Assembly: GCA_036172245.1 (NCBI GenBank)
Contig: JAYWIR010000029.1
Coordinates: 930,001 to 994,000 of the forward strand
From: Raillietiella orientalis
Lineage: Eukaryota
Reading direction: 5' to 3'
Length of the DNA: 64,000 nt
In this document: in pieces, positions 49,201 to 60,987 of the stretch
Layout of the letters: each line of letters starts with the position of its first letter
How positions within the stretch are numbered: the first letter of the stretch is position 1
Translations under genes and position numbers: made by a program
The notes under the pieces: generated by a model
The model's database searches: none
Told to the model about the DNA's origin: nothing
Seen by the model: only the letters and a program-made list of their open reading frames with translations

Positions 49201-52200
49201 CGCGGAGCGTAGACAAGAAGTCTTCCTAAAGAGAAAACCTGAGGCAAGCAATGTTCTGGAACTTTTCTGTTGCTGAGACGAACTCATGCTTGCCTCTGCG
49301 AGGTTCTTTTGCCAGTGTTTCTTGAGTAATCTTGGGATCCAGAAAGTCACATAGTATCTGATTCCAGTCATGATGAAGTGACCTCTACCCATTCCTTCGC
49401 TGCCACTTGAACAAAGACATCAAAACAGACATCGGCAAATGGAAGGGGGGAGGAGCGCTTACTCCCACGCATTCAGAACCAGCTGTAGAAGCTCGCGATA
49501 GTAGTTTATTGACCATCTTTATTTCCATCTACATTCACTTCTTCCAAACATGGCATCAAACAGTGAGTGCTTCAGCTGGCAGTCGCACCGAGAACGTACT
49601 GCCCATAGTGTTGGTCCGATTATCCCGAATGCCGCGCCAGAAAAGAGAGTGTCTTCGATATTTATCGACTTCTACATTTTAGTTCGTTCAAGGATGGTTT
49701 GCAAGTCTGCTTAAGAGGCGTTTACTCTCTCGAAGAAGATGAGGACAGCAAATGGTTGCGAAAGGGAGAATATCATCTTTCTCTTCCTCACGTCTCTCTT
49801 TTGCATCTTGCATACCTTTCTAGAAGAAAACGTGATCTGTTTTCTGGTTTGTTCACGCCAAACTCCCGAATGAAGGAGCTGGTGTTCCCTGAAGAACTTT
49901 TGGGAATCGGAAGATGGATTTGCAGCTGAGTCAGCATCCTCAGGGGAAAAAACAAGTGTGAGTTCTCTCGTAACCTTCCTTCTTTCAGTGATCGCTGATC
50001 GATCCTCGTCAAGGATCCTTGATACAAGAAAATGTGATCCAACAGAGAGAGACTTAAGGAGCAGTAGTTCATCCTCCATGCTGGGTATCCTAAAGGAAGA
50101 TTTACAGCTTTCGAAAAGATTCCTGAATTGAACATTTACCTATGATCACACGTGTTACAGAGAAAATTCCTTCTCTTGACGCTGGAGGAATGAAAAATTT
50201 CGTCTAATGAAAAATCTATTAAAAATGACCGATGAAACAAGTGTTCCAGAAAAGGGTACCAGAAACAACGAAACCACAAATCACTCAGAAAAAGGAGAAT
50301 TATCATTGGCGGCGTTTCAGAAGAGCATGAATAAAGTTTTTCGGATTCTTAGATGCTCAACGACAGGATGAGGTTCATCTCGAAATCAGGACAATGGCGG
50401 TTTTTAGGTTCTTTTACTAGAGAGCAAGAAAAGGCGTCATCAAGCAGGTCACGGTACGAGGAACTGCAAAGCGTTTCACACTCCAAAGTCGATCTTGATG
50501 CAATCTCATGGTCATGCATCCTTGGAGACTGTTGAGGATGCGAATGACATCGAGCACTCTTCGGGAAAGTCGTCATCGCTGCTTGGACGGGATTTTGGAG
50601 GAGCTGACCGTCCGAGAGCGAAATTCTACTTTGTTTCCCGTGTTTGGATGGGAGACCTCCTCGGAACCCCGGGTGCTGTAGACAAACGAAGGGTAGGGAC
50701 ACGTGAGAGAAGGATGGAGAAAACCCGTAATGACTCCAGAGATTCCAAGCGAAAGCCGAGCTTCCTTTCTGAGGGGGACAAACGGGCTTATAAGGGATGC
50801 TGCGCAGATCCGAGAAGAGAGATTCCATTAGCCATGCGTCTCATGTGGCTGCAAGAATGAGGGGACAAGCGGCGAAAAGCCCCACCACCATTAGCACACA
50901 CACACACACACACACACACGCAAAGGTGCGGGTTTCCGGAGCAAGCCCGAAGATTCAACTCTCGGAACCGTGCTCTCTCTTGAAAGAAGAAGAGGAGGCT
51001 GAAGCGAGGCGCCTAGCGGAAGTGAGCTGCGATAAGCTAAGGGAAAGAAGCGGATCCTCATCTACCCGCTACCTGCTATGCTTAATTATGGAGACATGGA
51101 AGATTGAGGCACTAGATGGAAGAGGCGGATGGATAGCACTCAGCACTCTTCTCATGTGCTTCACAAAATGACTTGACTTCCCGTGACCAATTTCCCTCCG
51201 ACCAGCAAAGGATTCGGGACCTTTCTTCTCTTTTACTGCAACTCACGGGCACATGAGTGAGCGATTCTTACTCTTATCCTCTAGACGATTCACAGAGGGA
51301 AACACGTGTGAAGCATCCCCACGATACACCGTTCATCAGTTAACTGAGCGTGTGTGCTGGAGGTACGTCACGTGTTCAGTTATTAGGAAGGCGATTTGTG
51401 CGCCCAGTACCGAAGAACGGGACTGAGATACTCTGTGCTGATGATTCATTCTCCTGGCAAGTTCTCTACTACTTTTCTCCTCACTAGCGCACCTCTGGAC
51501 AGGACGGCTTGAGAGAGACAACATTAAGCTGGAAAGTGAACAAACCAAACGAACGGAAGAAAAAAGAAACAAATGGCATTCTGAACTGTAAGAGACTACA
51601 GCCACGGGAGGAAAAGTGCACAACAGGCAGAAATAAGTGATCTAGTACGAGGTGACTGTAGAAGGCGAGGTGCAAATCAAAACCAGTGGGCCAGAGCCGA
51701 AGAACCGAAGAGGCTTCGATTCTTCTCAAGGTCAAGAGCTGGGGAACCCTATCGGTCTTGCATGAAGGGGATGTTGGAGCTATTTCTGGAGAAGTGTATC
51801 CCGGTTGTTCAACTGATTACTTCCCATTTCTCTGGGGACCCGACCTCCACTCACAGGGCAAGTATGAGGTGTCATATGAAACTTTAGTTGACACCTATCA
51901 CCAGAACTCTCAAGGAATTGAGCGCTGACGTCCAAGTTTGGAAGCAAATGGAGAAGACGTTCAGGGATACAGAATCTAACCGAAGCGTTATCTGCTAACA
52001 ATCCCTAAGATTCGTGCTGTGGTCATTCAGCAATCTCTTTAGAAGGAGCATTTCTTCCGGATTCTGGATTCAAGAGTTGGTGCAAAAGAAATGATCATCT
52101 GATGCTGCATCAGCTATTAACACACTTCTGAGTTGGGTCACCTCTTCCGCTTAGAGGACGGATTCTTTGAAATGGAACAGTAGTGGAAGTGAGCGGGCAA

Positions 52201-55200
52201 GGGAATGATGCAGTTAGTTTGTCTTTCCTTCCCTCTTACTCTTTGTTTCCCTTCTTTTCCGTTATTTTCCAGCGACCATCCGACCAAAGTGGTCGATGGT
52301 CTTCACTCCGATTGCCTTGACCACAGACGCACAGAGGACGTTCATTCTTTTCCCTTCAAGATCTCTTTCCTCCTCCAGAGCTCTGGAGTTTTTTTCCCTT
52401 TGCTGAGGGGAGATCTCCATGAAGATGGTTCTTTCTCACTAATGCACATCCCAATGGCTTGCCGACATGGAAAAAAACTTCATTTTCGAAGGCTTCTCGC
52501 AGCACAGCAACGGAAGCTGACAAAGGATTCGTCTGAGAGACTCATCTTGAAGGCGATCGTGAAGCCAACATGGGCAAATGATTGTGGGGTGGAAACCCTG
52601 GATGTCTCGTTGCTCTATTCGATTCAGAAAAGTGCGTCATGATGTTCATACTAGAATAAGTGTCACTCGCCCTCCCTAGCTCCACTCTTGCTGAGGAGTA
52701 GCGCGAAGTCTTCTGATTCCTTAGGACCGGAATCACAGTGATCTCGTACTGTGATTTCGTGCAGTAGATGCTGTAAACCAGAATGATTCTGTGGAATTTA
52801 CCGCCACCGATGAAACCCATTAGAAGATATCTCTACCCTTCACTCACAGGAAAGATGTCTCACCGTAGACTGCATTCCAGTGACTTTTGCAAAAGAACCT
52901 TCTTTCGAATGTCCCGCTCTTAGGTTCCCACTCCTGATGCCCCTTCTCCCAGTTCCTGAAAGTTCTCCTATGTTCTTTCTTCATGCTATCTTTTCTTCAG
53001 CATCTCTTTAGCACTAATTCTCTTCCATTCTTTCGACCCTTTGGTCCTTGGGTCAGGCATTAGAGTCCGTCAGAGCTGCAGATTGAATGCCCCTCCCTGT
53101 GAATCGCAGCTGATAGAAGAGGTTTCATTTCTACAAACAGCATGCAAAGGAGGAAACAGAAAAATCGTTGAGAACTCCTCCAGTCTTTGCAACTCCGGAA
53201 CAGCAGATGGTATGGGCAGAAATTGTCGAGTGGAGATGGTGAAGTTGTCCTAGGTCGAGCAGTCAGCTCTCAAGCTGGGAGCGAAGGAGCTGTTATGAAT
53301 GCAGGAAGGCTTGAGAATGGTATGATCTTCCGAAGGAAAACCTGGCTCAATGCGGATTGTCCCCGCTTTCGTGAAGTTAAAAGCTTAGGAATTAGAAGGG
53401 ATCGACAGAAGGCTCCTAACATCTGGATGCTGTGGTGGTCCAACGATGCAAAGGACGGCAAGATAATTTTGCTTCAACTTTTTTTCAGCTTTGTAAAAAA
53501 AAAAAAAAGCAAAAAAAAAAAAGGCGAAAGATTCCTGAGCATCTTTTCAGTTTAGTCTTTGCAAACGAACATCATCAGCACTGATTTCTCCCAAATTTCG
53601 ATTCGCGGAGACATAATCGGAGCGCCTGGCCATCATGCCTTTCAGGCGGCTTCGCTTCAAAATCCCGGACCAACAAACTCGCGAAAGATCTTAAAAATAA
53701 ATATGTTTATTTTATACGTATTAATATATAATATATATACGATTAATGTTTATATTACTGTGTATTATGCAGATTATAAAGAATAGATATGTTTGCTGAT
53801 TATGCATATAAAGATATATCTATTGATCCATAGACTATATACGTAATCTATTTTAATATATGTATTTATTAAAATGTACCAGCATACATACGATTAATAG
53901 GAATATTATTTTAACGTATAGATATTTGCATTTATTGACATGCATATTGTTATAATAATCAATATGTTTATTATATATTAATAAAAATATTTTCATATAG
54001 AATTATAAAATATTGGAAGATTATAAAAAATCAAGACACCTGTCCATTATATATATTTATATATAAATCAATATATAGGTTAATATCCATAATAGTTATA
54101 GATGCTAATATCATTAATAATGTGCTGGCTATATGTATTTATATAGAGATCAATGTACATTACAAAGATTATTTAAAAATACATACTTTCATCAAACATA
54201 TTAATATAATGAACATTGCATAAATATAATGAACTCTACATTTAGTTTAATGTGCAAATTTATTTAAAAGTACATATTCATTGCTATAATTAATAATATG
54301 TATTAATGCATTAATAATATGTATTAATTTGCATTAATCTGTATGTTGAGTTATTTATCAACATACACATTAATGCATATAATTTGAATTTATTTTTTAT
54401 GATAATCTTTGTAATCTATTATTCTATACACGAATATATATTAATACATATTAAACGTATTATGAATTATATTATTAATGCGCATGCTATCAAATAGTAA
54501 TAAACATAAGTGTTGAAAAATACCAGTATTGATAATATGTATGTTAATGAATATTAATAAACATGCATGGTAAAATAAATTTGTGTATTAATCTATATAT
54601 AAACAAATATATTAACATACACAATAAGCGTACATATTTGTTTTTATAATGCATATTAATCTATACATGAATTTGTCTACTGATATGTTATATGTGTTGA
54701 TTTGTAAGATCTTTCGGGATTTTCATCGTCTGTTGTTTCGGCATTCGGGATTTTGATCGAAACCGTTGAAACGGCCTCAGAGCAGTTTACGTTTCGCAAG
54801 GGTTCCTAATGATGAACTTGGATGGGAGACCGCCTGGGAACCCCGGGTGCTGTAGACACTTTCTAGATGTCCACTTGCTTCTTTCGTGTGTTTTCTTATT
54901 TGTTCTGGGTGTTCAGCCCAGTAACTGTGGAGTTTGCTTGCTTGCTTTCCATGCCACCTGCCCCCTCCCCTCCGTATTTTTGCCAGATGACGATGCACCC
55001 TTCTCCATCCACCACGTGGGCGAACATCAAACATCATGCGATATCCTTGTTGATGTATTCCCTCGGATAACCACCGCACTGAAGTCATGCTTTTTAATCT
55101 CTCAGCAGGAAACAAAAGCAGCCTCATTGGTAAAGTCACCAATGATTAACAATGACGCAAGTGGTTATCTCTTCAGAAGCAGCAACGATTCGATAACGTT

Positions 55201-58200
55201 TATCAATGAGAAGCTGCCACGCCAACGCGTAGGGGAACCCATAGGTGGGTTGCCCACCTTCAGTTCTGTCTCTCTAATCAAAGCTCTTTCTGATTCTTGG
55301 AAAAGAGAGGAGGATGGATGTTTCAAGAGATGCCTTTTTGGTCTTCTGAGAATTTCTCCTATTTACAGCTGACCATGCAACGGAAAAGGAGGGACTCGGG
55401 AAATCTCGCTACGATGGTAGAAGAAAAACACCTTCTTTAGTGTTTCATCCTTTTCCACGCGTGCACCTGTTCTCCTTCTCAGTTTTTCCGTGATTCTTCA
55501 TGCATGAGTTCCACTCTTCATCTTCTGTCTGGTGCATCAATCAGAATTGAAACTTTTAGAAAACGAACTTTCTTCAAGGAAACATGCCTCGTGGCCTTTT
55601 TCTGCTCGAAGAGTTCATTGCTTTCATCTGGGAATGTCAAAACGTCTCAGTTTATGTGATATCAGTAAAGGTTACTGCTAAATAATCACTGTAGTAATTT
55701 TCTGCTAGTGTCTCAGCAAAGTTCCTTGGGTTCCTTGCTTAGAAATAGATGGAATCGAATGCTGTTTTTTTTTTTTTTTTGGACTTCGTTGAATCCAGTC
55801 ACCGAAATCCAGCTTTTTTTCCTTTCACTACAAGAAGTGTTCTTTTTTATGAAATCAAGATCTCTCAGAACTACAAATCATGGTATTTTATTGAAATGAT
55901 AGCTACGGTAACGTGTTCTGGAGGCAGTTCTTTCATTTCATTGCCTAAGATGGACCAGAATTTTTTTTTATTAAGAAACTTTCCTCTGTGGTTTCTTGAT
56001 AACAAATGCAAATAAGTAAAATCAGAAGTATTTCAGTATCTTTTTCGACTTCTTTTAGAATTCCGAGGATCCAGTTTGCTCCTGGAAAGGATTTTCTAGT
56101 AGTTCAGTAGCGTACTCTTCCATCTGTAAGCATCCGTTTTCAGATGTTTAATATCATTCTGTCACATTCAGAGACTCTTGAATTCAAAAGAGATAATTCT
56201 ATCCATACATATCTGTAGATTGATCTAGGAAAAGACTTCACTTTTTTTTTTCTCAACAGCAATTCTTTTATTGTACGTTATCATTTTAGCTGACCTTGGA
56301 GAAGTTACAAAAAATGCCCAATATTTTGAGAAAAGATCAACTTATTCGATGCTTGCGAACTTGATTGCTGGTTATTTATATATCGATGTCACATTGTGCC
56401 AGCATTGATCTTGAATTCAAATTAGCATCCAAGTGAAAATCCCCAATGAACACGGTCAAATTTTCTGACAATCCCCAAATCTCCTTCTAAGAGACAGTTT
56501 GCCCGGTATGAACTGATCAGCCAGTCTTTCCCAGTAGTTCTTGTCTCCTGTGTTAAAAGCTCAGACTGGTAATTACCGATGTCTCCTAGAGCATCGGTAA
56601 TTACCGATTTGAACTTTTAGTCGATGCTCTTACGATGGAAGCACAGCTTAGCTGTCCAGCTGTTTACGGTTCCTGCCAGCAATGGATCCGTTTATTTTGA
56701 ATGATCCTTTCTAATTTCCAACAAGGTTCAGGTGACATCAAGATTGTTGTTTCTAGATCTGGAACGTTATTTAGGATGCTGGATCTATTTTTTATTTGAC
56801 CATTAGTTGTGTGTTTTGTCGAATATACGAGATGATTATTTTGGCGTTTGATCTTTTCACAACCCGCCCAGGAATTTCTAGTAGTAGTTTTACAATAATT
56901 GAATACAAGAATAGATGCAGAATCTGTTTCGAGATGAAAATGCAATTTTATTCCTTCCTAATTCCCGAATTCGATGTGCGTTTTTGTACTTGAGTTTTTT
57001 CTTATGCAACTGTAATCTGAGAATTAGACATCCGCATACTTGTGACCTTCACGATAATCTTCATAGAGCACCGCTTTCTTTTCTTTTCTTTTTAAACTAA
57101 AAGCATCATTAACCTATATAATATTCAAGCTCTTCATTTCGAGCCTAAGTCTTCGAAATTAATTTCGAAGACTTCACTCGTTTAACATGAACTTAAAACA
57201 TAGACCTTCTCATACGTTTCTCTATGTTGAACTAAGAAGAAGAACAGCTGCTGAAATGGAAGAACTGATCTCGAAGAAAAGTCTCCGTTAGATGAAATAG
57301 TCTCAGTAGAAGAGCATTACGTAACATCAAAATGGCACGAGCTGGGGTTGCAGTCAAATAGCATAACATATACAACGAAGATGTACTGTATATCTTAATA
57401 GCTAATGTCACATGCCATGCTTGCCACCATCCCAAGTACAGTGGACAGTTTGACAGACAGTTTGCTTCTGGAACCATCAGTCAGTCCATCTTGCGCCCTT
57501 TTTAACAGTAATCCAAACTGATAGAAACCAACGTACAAAAACCATCTGCAGATATCTCAGTTGGTGAAGGTATCGCTTCATAGGATAACTAGTGTTGATG
57601 AAGCATCTTTTAGCATGCTGAAGAACTGATATGAAGCCGTTGCAGTTTTGCATGATGATAACACAAGTACGATAACTGGAACGAGTTCAGAGACAGTGCC
57701 GAAAGAGATTGTGTTTAAACCTGAAAAACCAATGAATAGAACCAAAGGGAATGTTGATCTGAATTCACGACACCTGAAGCATACCGAGAGAGCACCACCA
57801 GTTCACTTTGAAAAAATCTCAGGATTCGATTAAGGGATCTGAAGAGATAGCGGACTTCTCATATCTCACTGTCACGAGTACAGAAATTCCCCTTTCTTGG
57901 TCAAGTTCACCTCATTTATATTCCGTTTCCAAAGGAGAGGAAACTTTCTTCTTCATCTGGAAACATCGTTCATCTCTTCGAAATTCCCTCGTGAATGACT
58001 GAATGAACGCTGCATGAATGCTGGAGACATCTGGTATTCATGATTGATGAAGAGGAAGCATTATTACTGGAAGATTCTTGAGGTCAAACATCAGCTATTT
58101 GAAAATCCTATGTTCAAAGTGAATTAAGCTTAGGTGAAACCTGCAGAAAATTCCAAGAACCATTTCCTTAGAACCAAAATTTTTCCTTTGGACCCACACC

Positions 58201-60234
58201 CTACTTTACTTCTTAAGAAATTCAGTTATGTAACAGTACCATCCATTAGCTGTTGAGAAATTCAGACGCTAAAAACATCAAGGACAAACTCTCCAAGACA
58301 CAGAAACACAGTGTTGCCTTTCTATTTACTCTTCCAGTCATGTATTTAGTGCCACATTCTCATGAGTACAAAGAAATTCATCATATGATTCCAATATTGC
58401 ATGTATAATATCAAAAATCGTTAGAAACTTTTAATATGACCTGTAACGATTTTCACTCATGCCTTTCATGGAAACGAATATAGAAAAAATCAACTCTTGA
58501 GAAATTCATGTTAGCCACATTTTCTAAAGCACCATGGTTCTGCTATGGGAACCGACCGCACGGGTGAATGAAAACCACTAAGAGTGCTACATCCATAGAA
58601 AGAGATATGTTTATTTTCTTATAGTACGATCAATGCCTATGCAGTTACGGGAAATTTTCTCATTTGAAAGAAAGCAAGAAATCACTGGAATACCCTGGAC
58701 GAATGAAAAACGCCTTGAGATTTTCTTGAGGGGAGAGAAAAGACTGTTGGCTTTTCCAGGAAAGGAAAAACATATCTTGTGTGTGGATAAGAAAAAGTCT
58801 TGAAGCACATGCCCGCAAGATTTGGAGAAAGTAAGACTCTTAAGAAAAAGGCGGCAGTAAGAGCGATCTGTTCGACGAAAGCGGCATAAGAAGGAATAGC
58901 AAGATGGCGGAGAACTAGTGGACGAAAGATTGGATGTCTTGACAGTGGTGTGCTTACTTTATGTTCACTCGTGAGCGTAGTTCGCTTTGGTTTGCTTTTT
59001 TTCCCTAAGACTCGAATGGGTGAGAATGAAATTCAGACAGTTCAGAAGATTACCCCAAAGCGAAGCTTCACCCCATTCTCCATCAACGATGAGTTGTTTT
59101 GAGGGCTAGGCGGATACTTCAAAATTGAAACGAGAAATGTACACTTTCCTCTATTGCCATTGCTTTTACATTAAGAGTGACAATCTGCTCAGGGCAAAAT
59201 CATTAAGAATCTACAGAAGGGAGAAAGCGCAGAATGACTGTAAGCCAATGGTCCAACAAACTTTTTCGTCTCCCGGTAAACGCTCAGTTTCCGACCTTCA
59301 GTGGAAAACCATATTTCATGAATTTTCTTAAATATGGTTTCGGAGCAAGAAAGCACAACAAGCTATTGGGCAGGACATGTCAGCAGTATCAAGCATGATA
59401 TTTGCTTTTTTCTATCCTGTCAAATAGTAAGATGAGAAGTAAGCAGGAAGTTACCAAGTCGAACACGGAGGCTGTCTCTTGAGGAAATGGCTGCTCTTGG
59501 AATGCAGCTCATGCTACTAAGAAATATGCAAAGCAGGGAAGCCCTGGGACCATATTGTGAATTGATGTGGTCCCATTTTGATTTGCCTCGTTTCATATCG
59601 TCACACACATGCTCTCTGACGGAAAATACTATCTTATTTTTCCCATCTTCCCCTATGCTATCTTATTTTTGTATAATAACTAACTGCTCCTCAACTCTCA
59701 ATCAACGAAAAAAAAACATAAAAGCTTTTAAGAGATGATGAGTTTTGTAGCATTTGACATAAGCTAAGGTTCATAAACCGAAATCTTTAGCTAGAGAAAT
59801 GGAAATCATAATGTCCAGAGTTTAACCGGTTTCCATCCTCAGGAATGAAAAAAGCTTGTTCTTTCATAGATTACGCAAAATGATTCTAGCGACTTATTAT
59901 CTAGGAATAGGAAGCTTTCGTCATGAAATTGTTAATGACAAGTATCAGCATAATTACAAAATCATTAGGTTTTCCGCCGGCATTCACAGATTATGTATTC
60001 AGGAATAATATGGTTAAATATCCCGTTCGATACTATGCATAGTCTTCCCAACTTGCTACAGTATTTTGTTCTTATACTTTGCTTATTCTTTAATAATCTA
60101 AAAGCTGGATCGAAAAGGGATCTTTCAAAATTTTTTTCCTCTCACCTCGAAAATGCTGCGATCCACAAAAGCGAGTACACAACACAGATTTTCCTGTCTC
60201 TAAAAGTACATGCATCGTTCATCTTGCAGACCAT
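40248..60234 (-). CDS. Cys-loop ligand-gated chloride channel subunit, pHCl-2/Hodor (insect group I)-like, about 550 aa; exons 60234-60146 (candidate), 48344-48122, 48048-47819, 46485-46229, 45497-45342, 42582-42417, 40820-40631, 40589-40248
   Basis: YNKRERP, WKDDRL, IWEPNVYFVNE, Cys-loop CNIKVSMFPFDLQNC, M1 YYLPSIMLVFVSWVSFWL, anion-type PAR motif followed by VALGTSTLLTFITL, M3 FIFLSLAEFAFVN, and family-like KKPNAKYILKS and FTTMTPQQISKWIDQKSRIFFP. Exons total 1653 nt in frame. Exon 1 is less certain than the rest. Confidence 0.88.
50644..50683 (+). pseudogene. 5S rRNA 3'-terminal fragment
   Basis: TTGGATGGGAGACCTCCTCGGAACCCCGGGTGCTGTAGAC matches the box C and 3' end of metazoan 5S rRNA. The 5' two-thirds are absent. 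Confidence 0.75.
51730..52050 (-). mobile_element. Degenerate LINE reverse-transcriptase remnant
   Basis: Minus-strand LDVSAQFLES and SYDTSYLPCEWR..NGK..PGY..IAPTSPSCKT resemble the RT N-terminal SxxxGxLPxxWK...NYRPISLTSxxCK. Confidence 0.35.
53637..54775. mobile_element. Non-autonomous TIR element (Mutator/Phantom-like MITE) with a ~1-kb extremely AT-rich interior
   Basis: Imperfect inverted ends TTTCA..CGG.TTCG..TCAAAATCCCG..CAACA.AC..CGAAAGATCTTA.AAAT.AA at about 53637-53700 and 54697-54775. The composition change lies exactly between them. No TSD seen. Confidence 0.6.
54816..54857 (+). pseudogene. 5S rRNA 3'-terminal fragment
   Basis: ACTTGGATGGGAGACCGCCTGGGAACCCCGGGTGCTGTAGAC is a near-canonical 5S rRNA 3' end. 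The 5' part is absent. Confidence 0.8.
57147..57174. repeat. Perfect 28-bp palindrome
   Basis: AAGTCTTCGAAATTAATTTCGAAGACTT equals its own reverse complement. Confidence 0.9.
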
Positions 60235-60890
60235 CGTTGAATGAAAATGTTACTTACTATATTTCAGCACCTTGAAGAGACACAAGTTTGGGGGGAAGAA
60301 CTGCTTTTCCGATATCACTCCTGTTATCTCATTATCTGGGATGACTTTTCCGCAGTTGTGCATTTACAGGGAAGGAGGGTGGAGGGGGGCAGCATGCTGC
60401 TCCGAATTGGAAAGGATTACAGCTCATGGGTTTCGACATGTGCCAGTCCGTGTTCTACTGCTTTCTGTCTTTAAAGGTGAGGGTGAATCAAAAGTTGGCC
60501 TTCCCATCGAGGCACGCAGTCAGTTTGCTCAGAGGAAAGGATCTCCTGCTTCGAAGGATTTGGAAATTGCTATCGTGCATGCAGAGGATATCGGCCTTTC
60601 CACATCATGAATGTAGTACGTAGGAAGAGCCCGGCATGAAGAGCCAGCTGAATAAAACCAGCACTGGATGAAGAAACGAAGGCTTGGCCAGTCTCCTGGA
60701 ATGATGAGCTAATTTGAATTGAATCCTGATTAGAGTAGAGCATGAACATTCGTGAAGCTACAATTACATTTGTGAACAAATACTGGTCAAAGGCTGGCTG
60801 GCTTGCAGAAGAAGACTTGCCTGCTAATGGATTGTGCATAGAATTTATTTATATATTGATTTATGAGCAAAATTTCGTATGACCGGGGTA

Positions 60891-60987
60891 CGGGAAGGGA
60901 TCACAGTCTGCTGGGGGCGGTCCTCTGCATCCTTTGGAGGATGCCGGCAAGGTCTTGCTTGATATAGACGTCCAGGTGGCGCCGTCT
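60891..60987 (-). mobile_element. Short fragment of the same L1/Tx1-like family as 3746-4850
   Basis: CGGGAAGGGATCACAGTCTGCTGGG..GGTCC...CATCCT.TGGAGG.TGCC.GCAAG matches 3943 to about 4040 (ORF2 stop region). Confidence 0.7.

Noticed and set aside
49790..50135. Possible further LINE RT remnants (also about 8860-9000, 19400-19990 and 24800-25100)
   Set aside because: Only faint motif echoes, not enough to annotate by eye.
50895..50920. (CA)n microsatellite, plus others at about 563-578 and many A/T homopolymers
   Set aside because: Ordinary simple repeats with no sign of function.
50644..54857. Functional 5S rRNA genes
   Set aside because: Only the 3' ~40 nt are present; box A and the 5' stem are missing.
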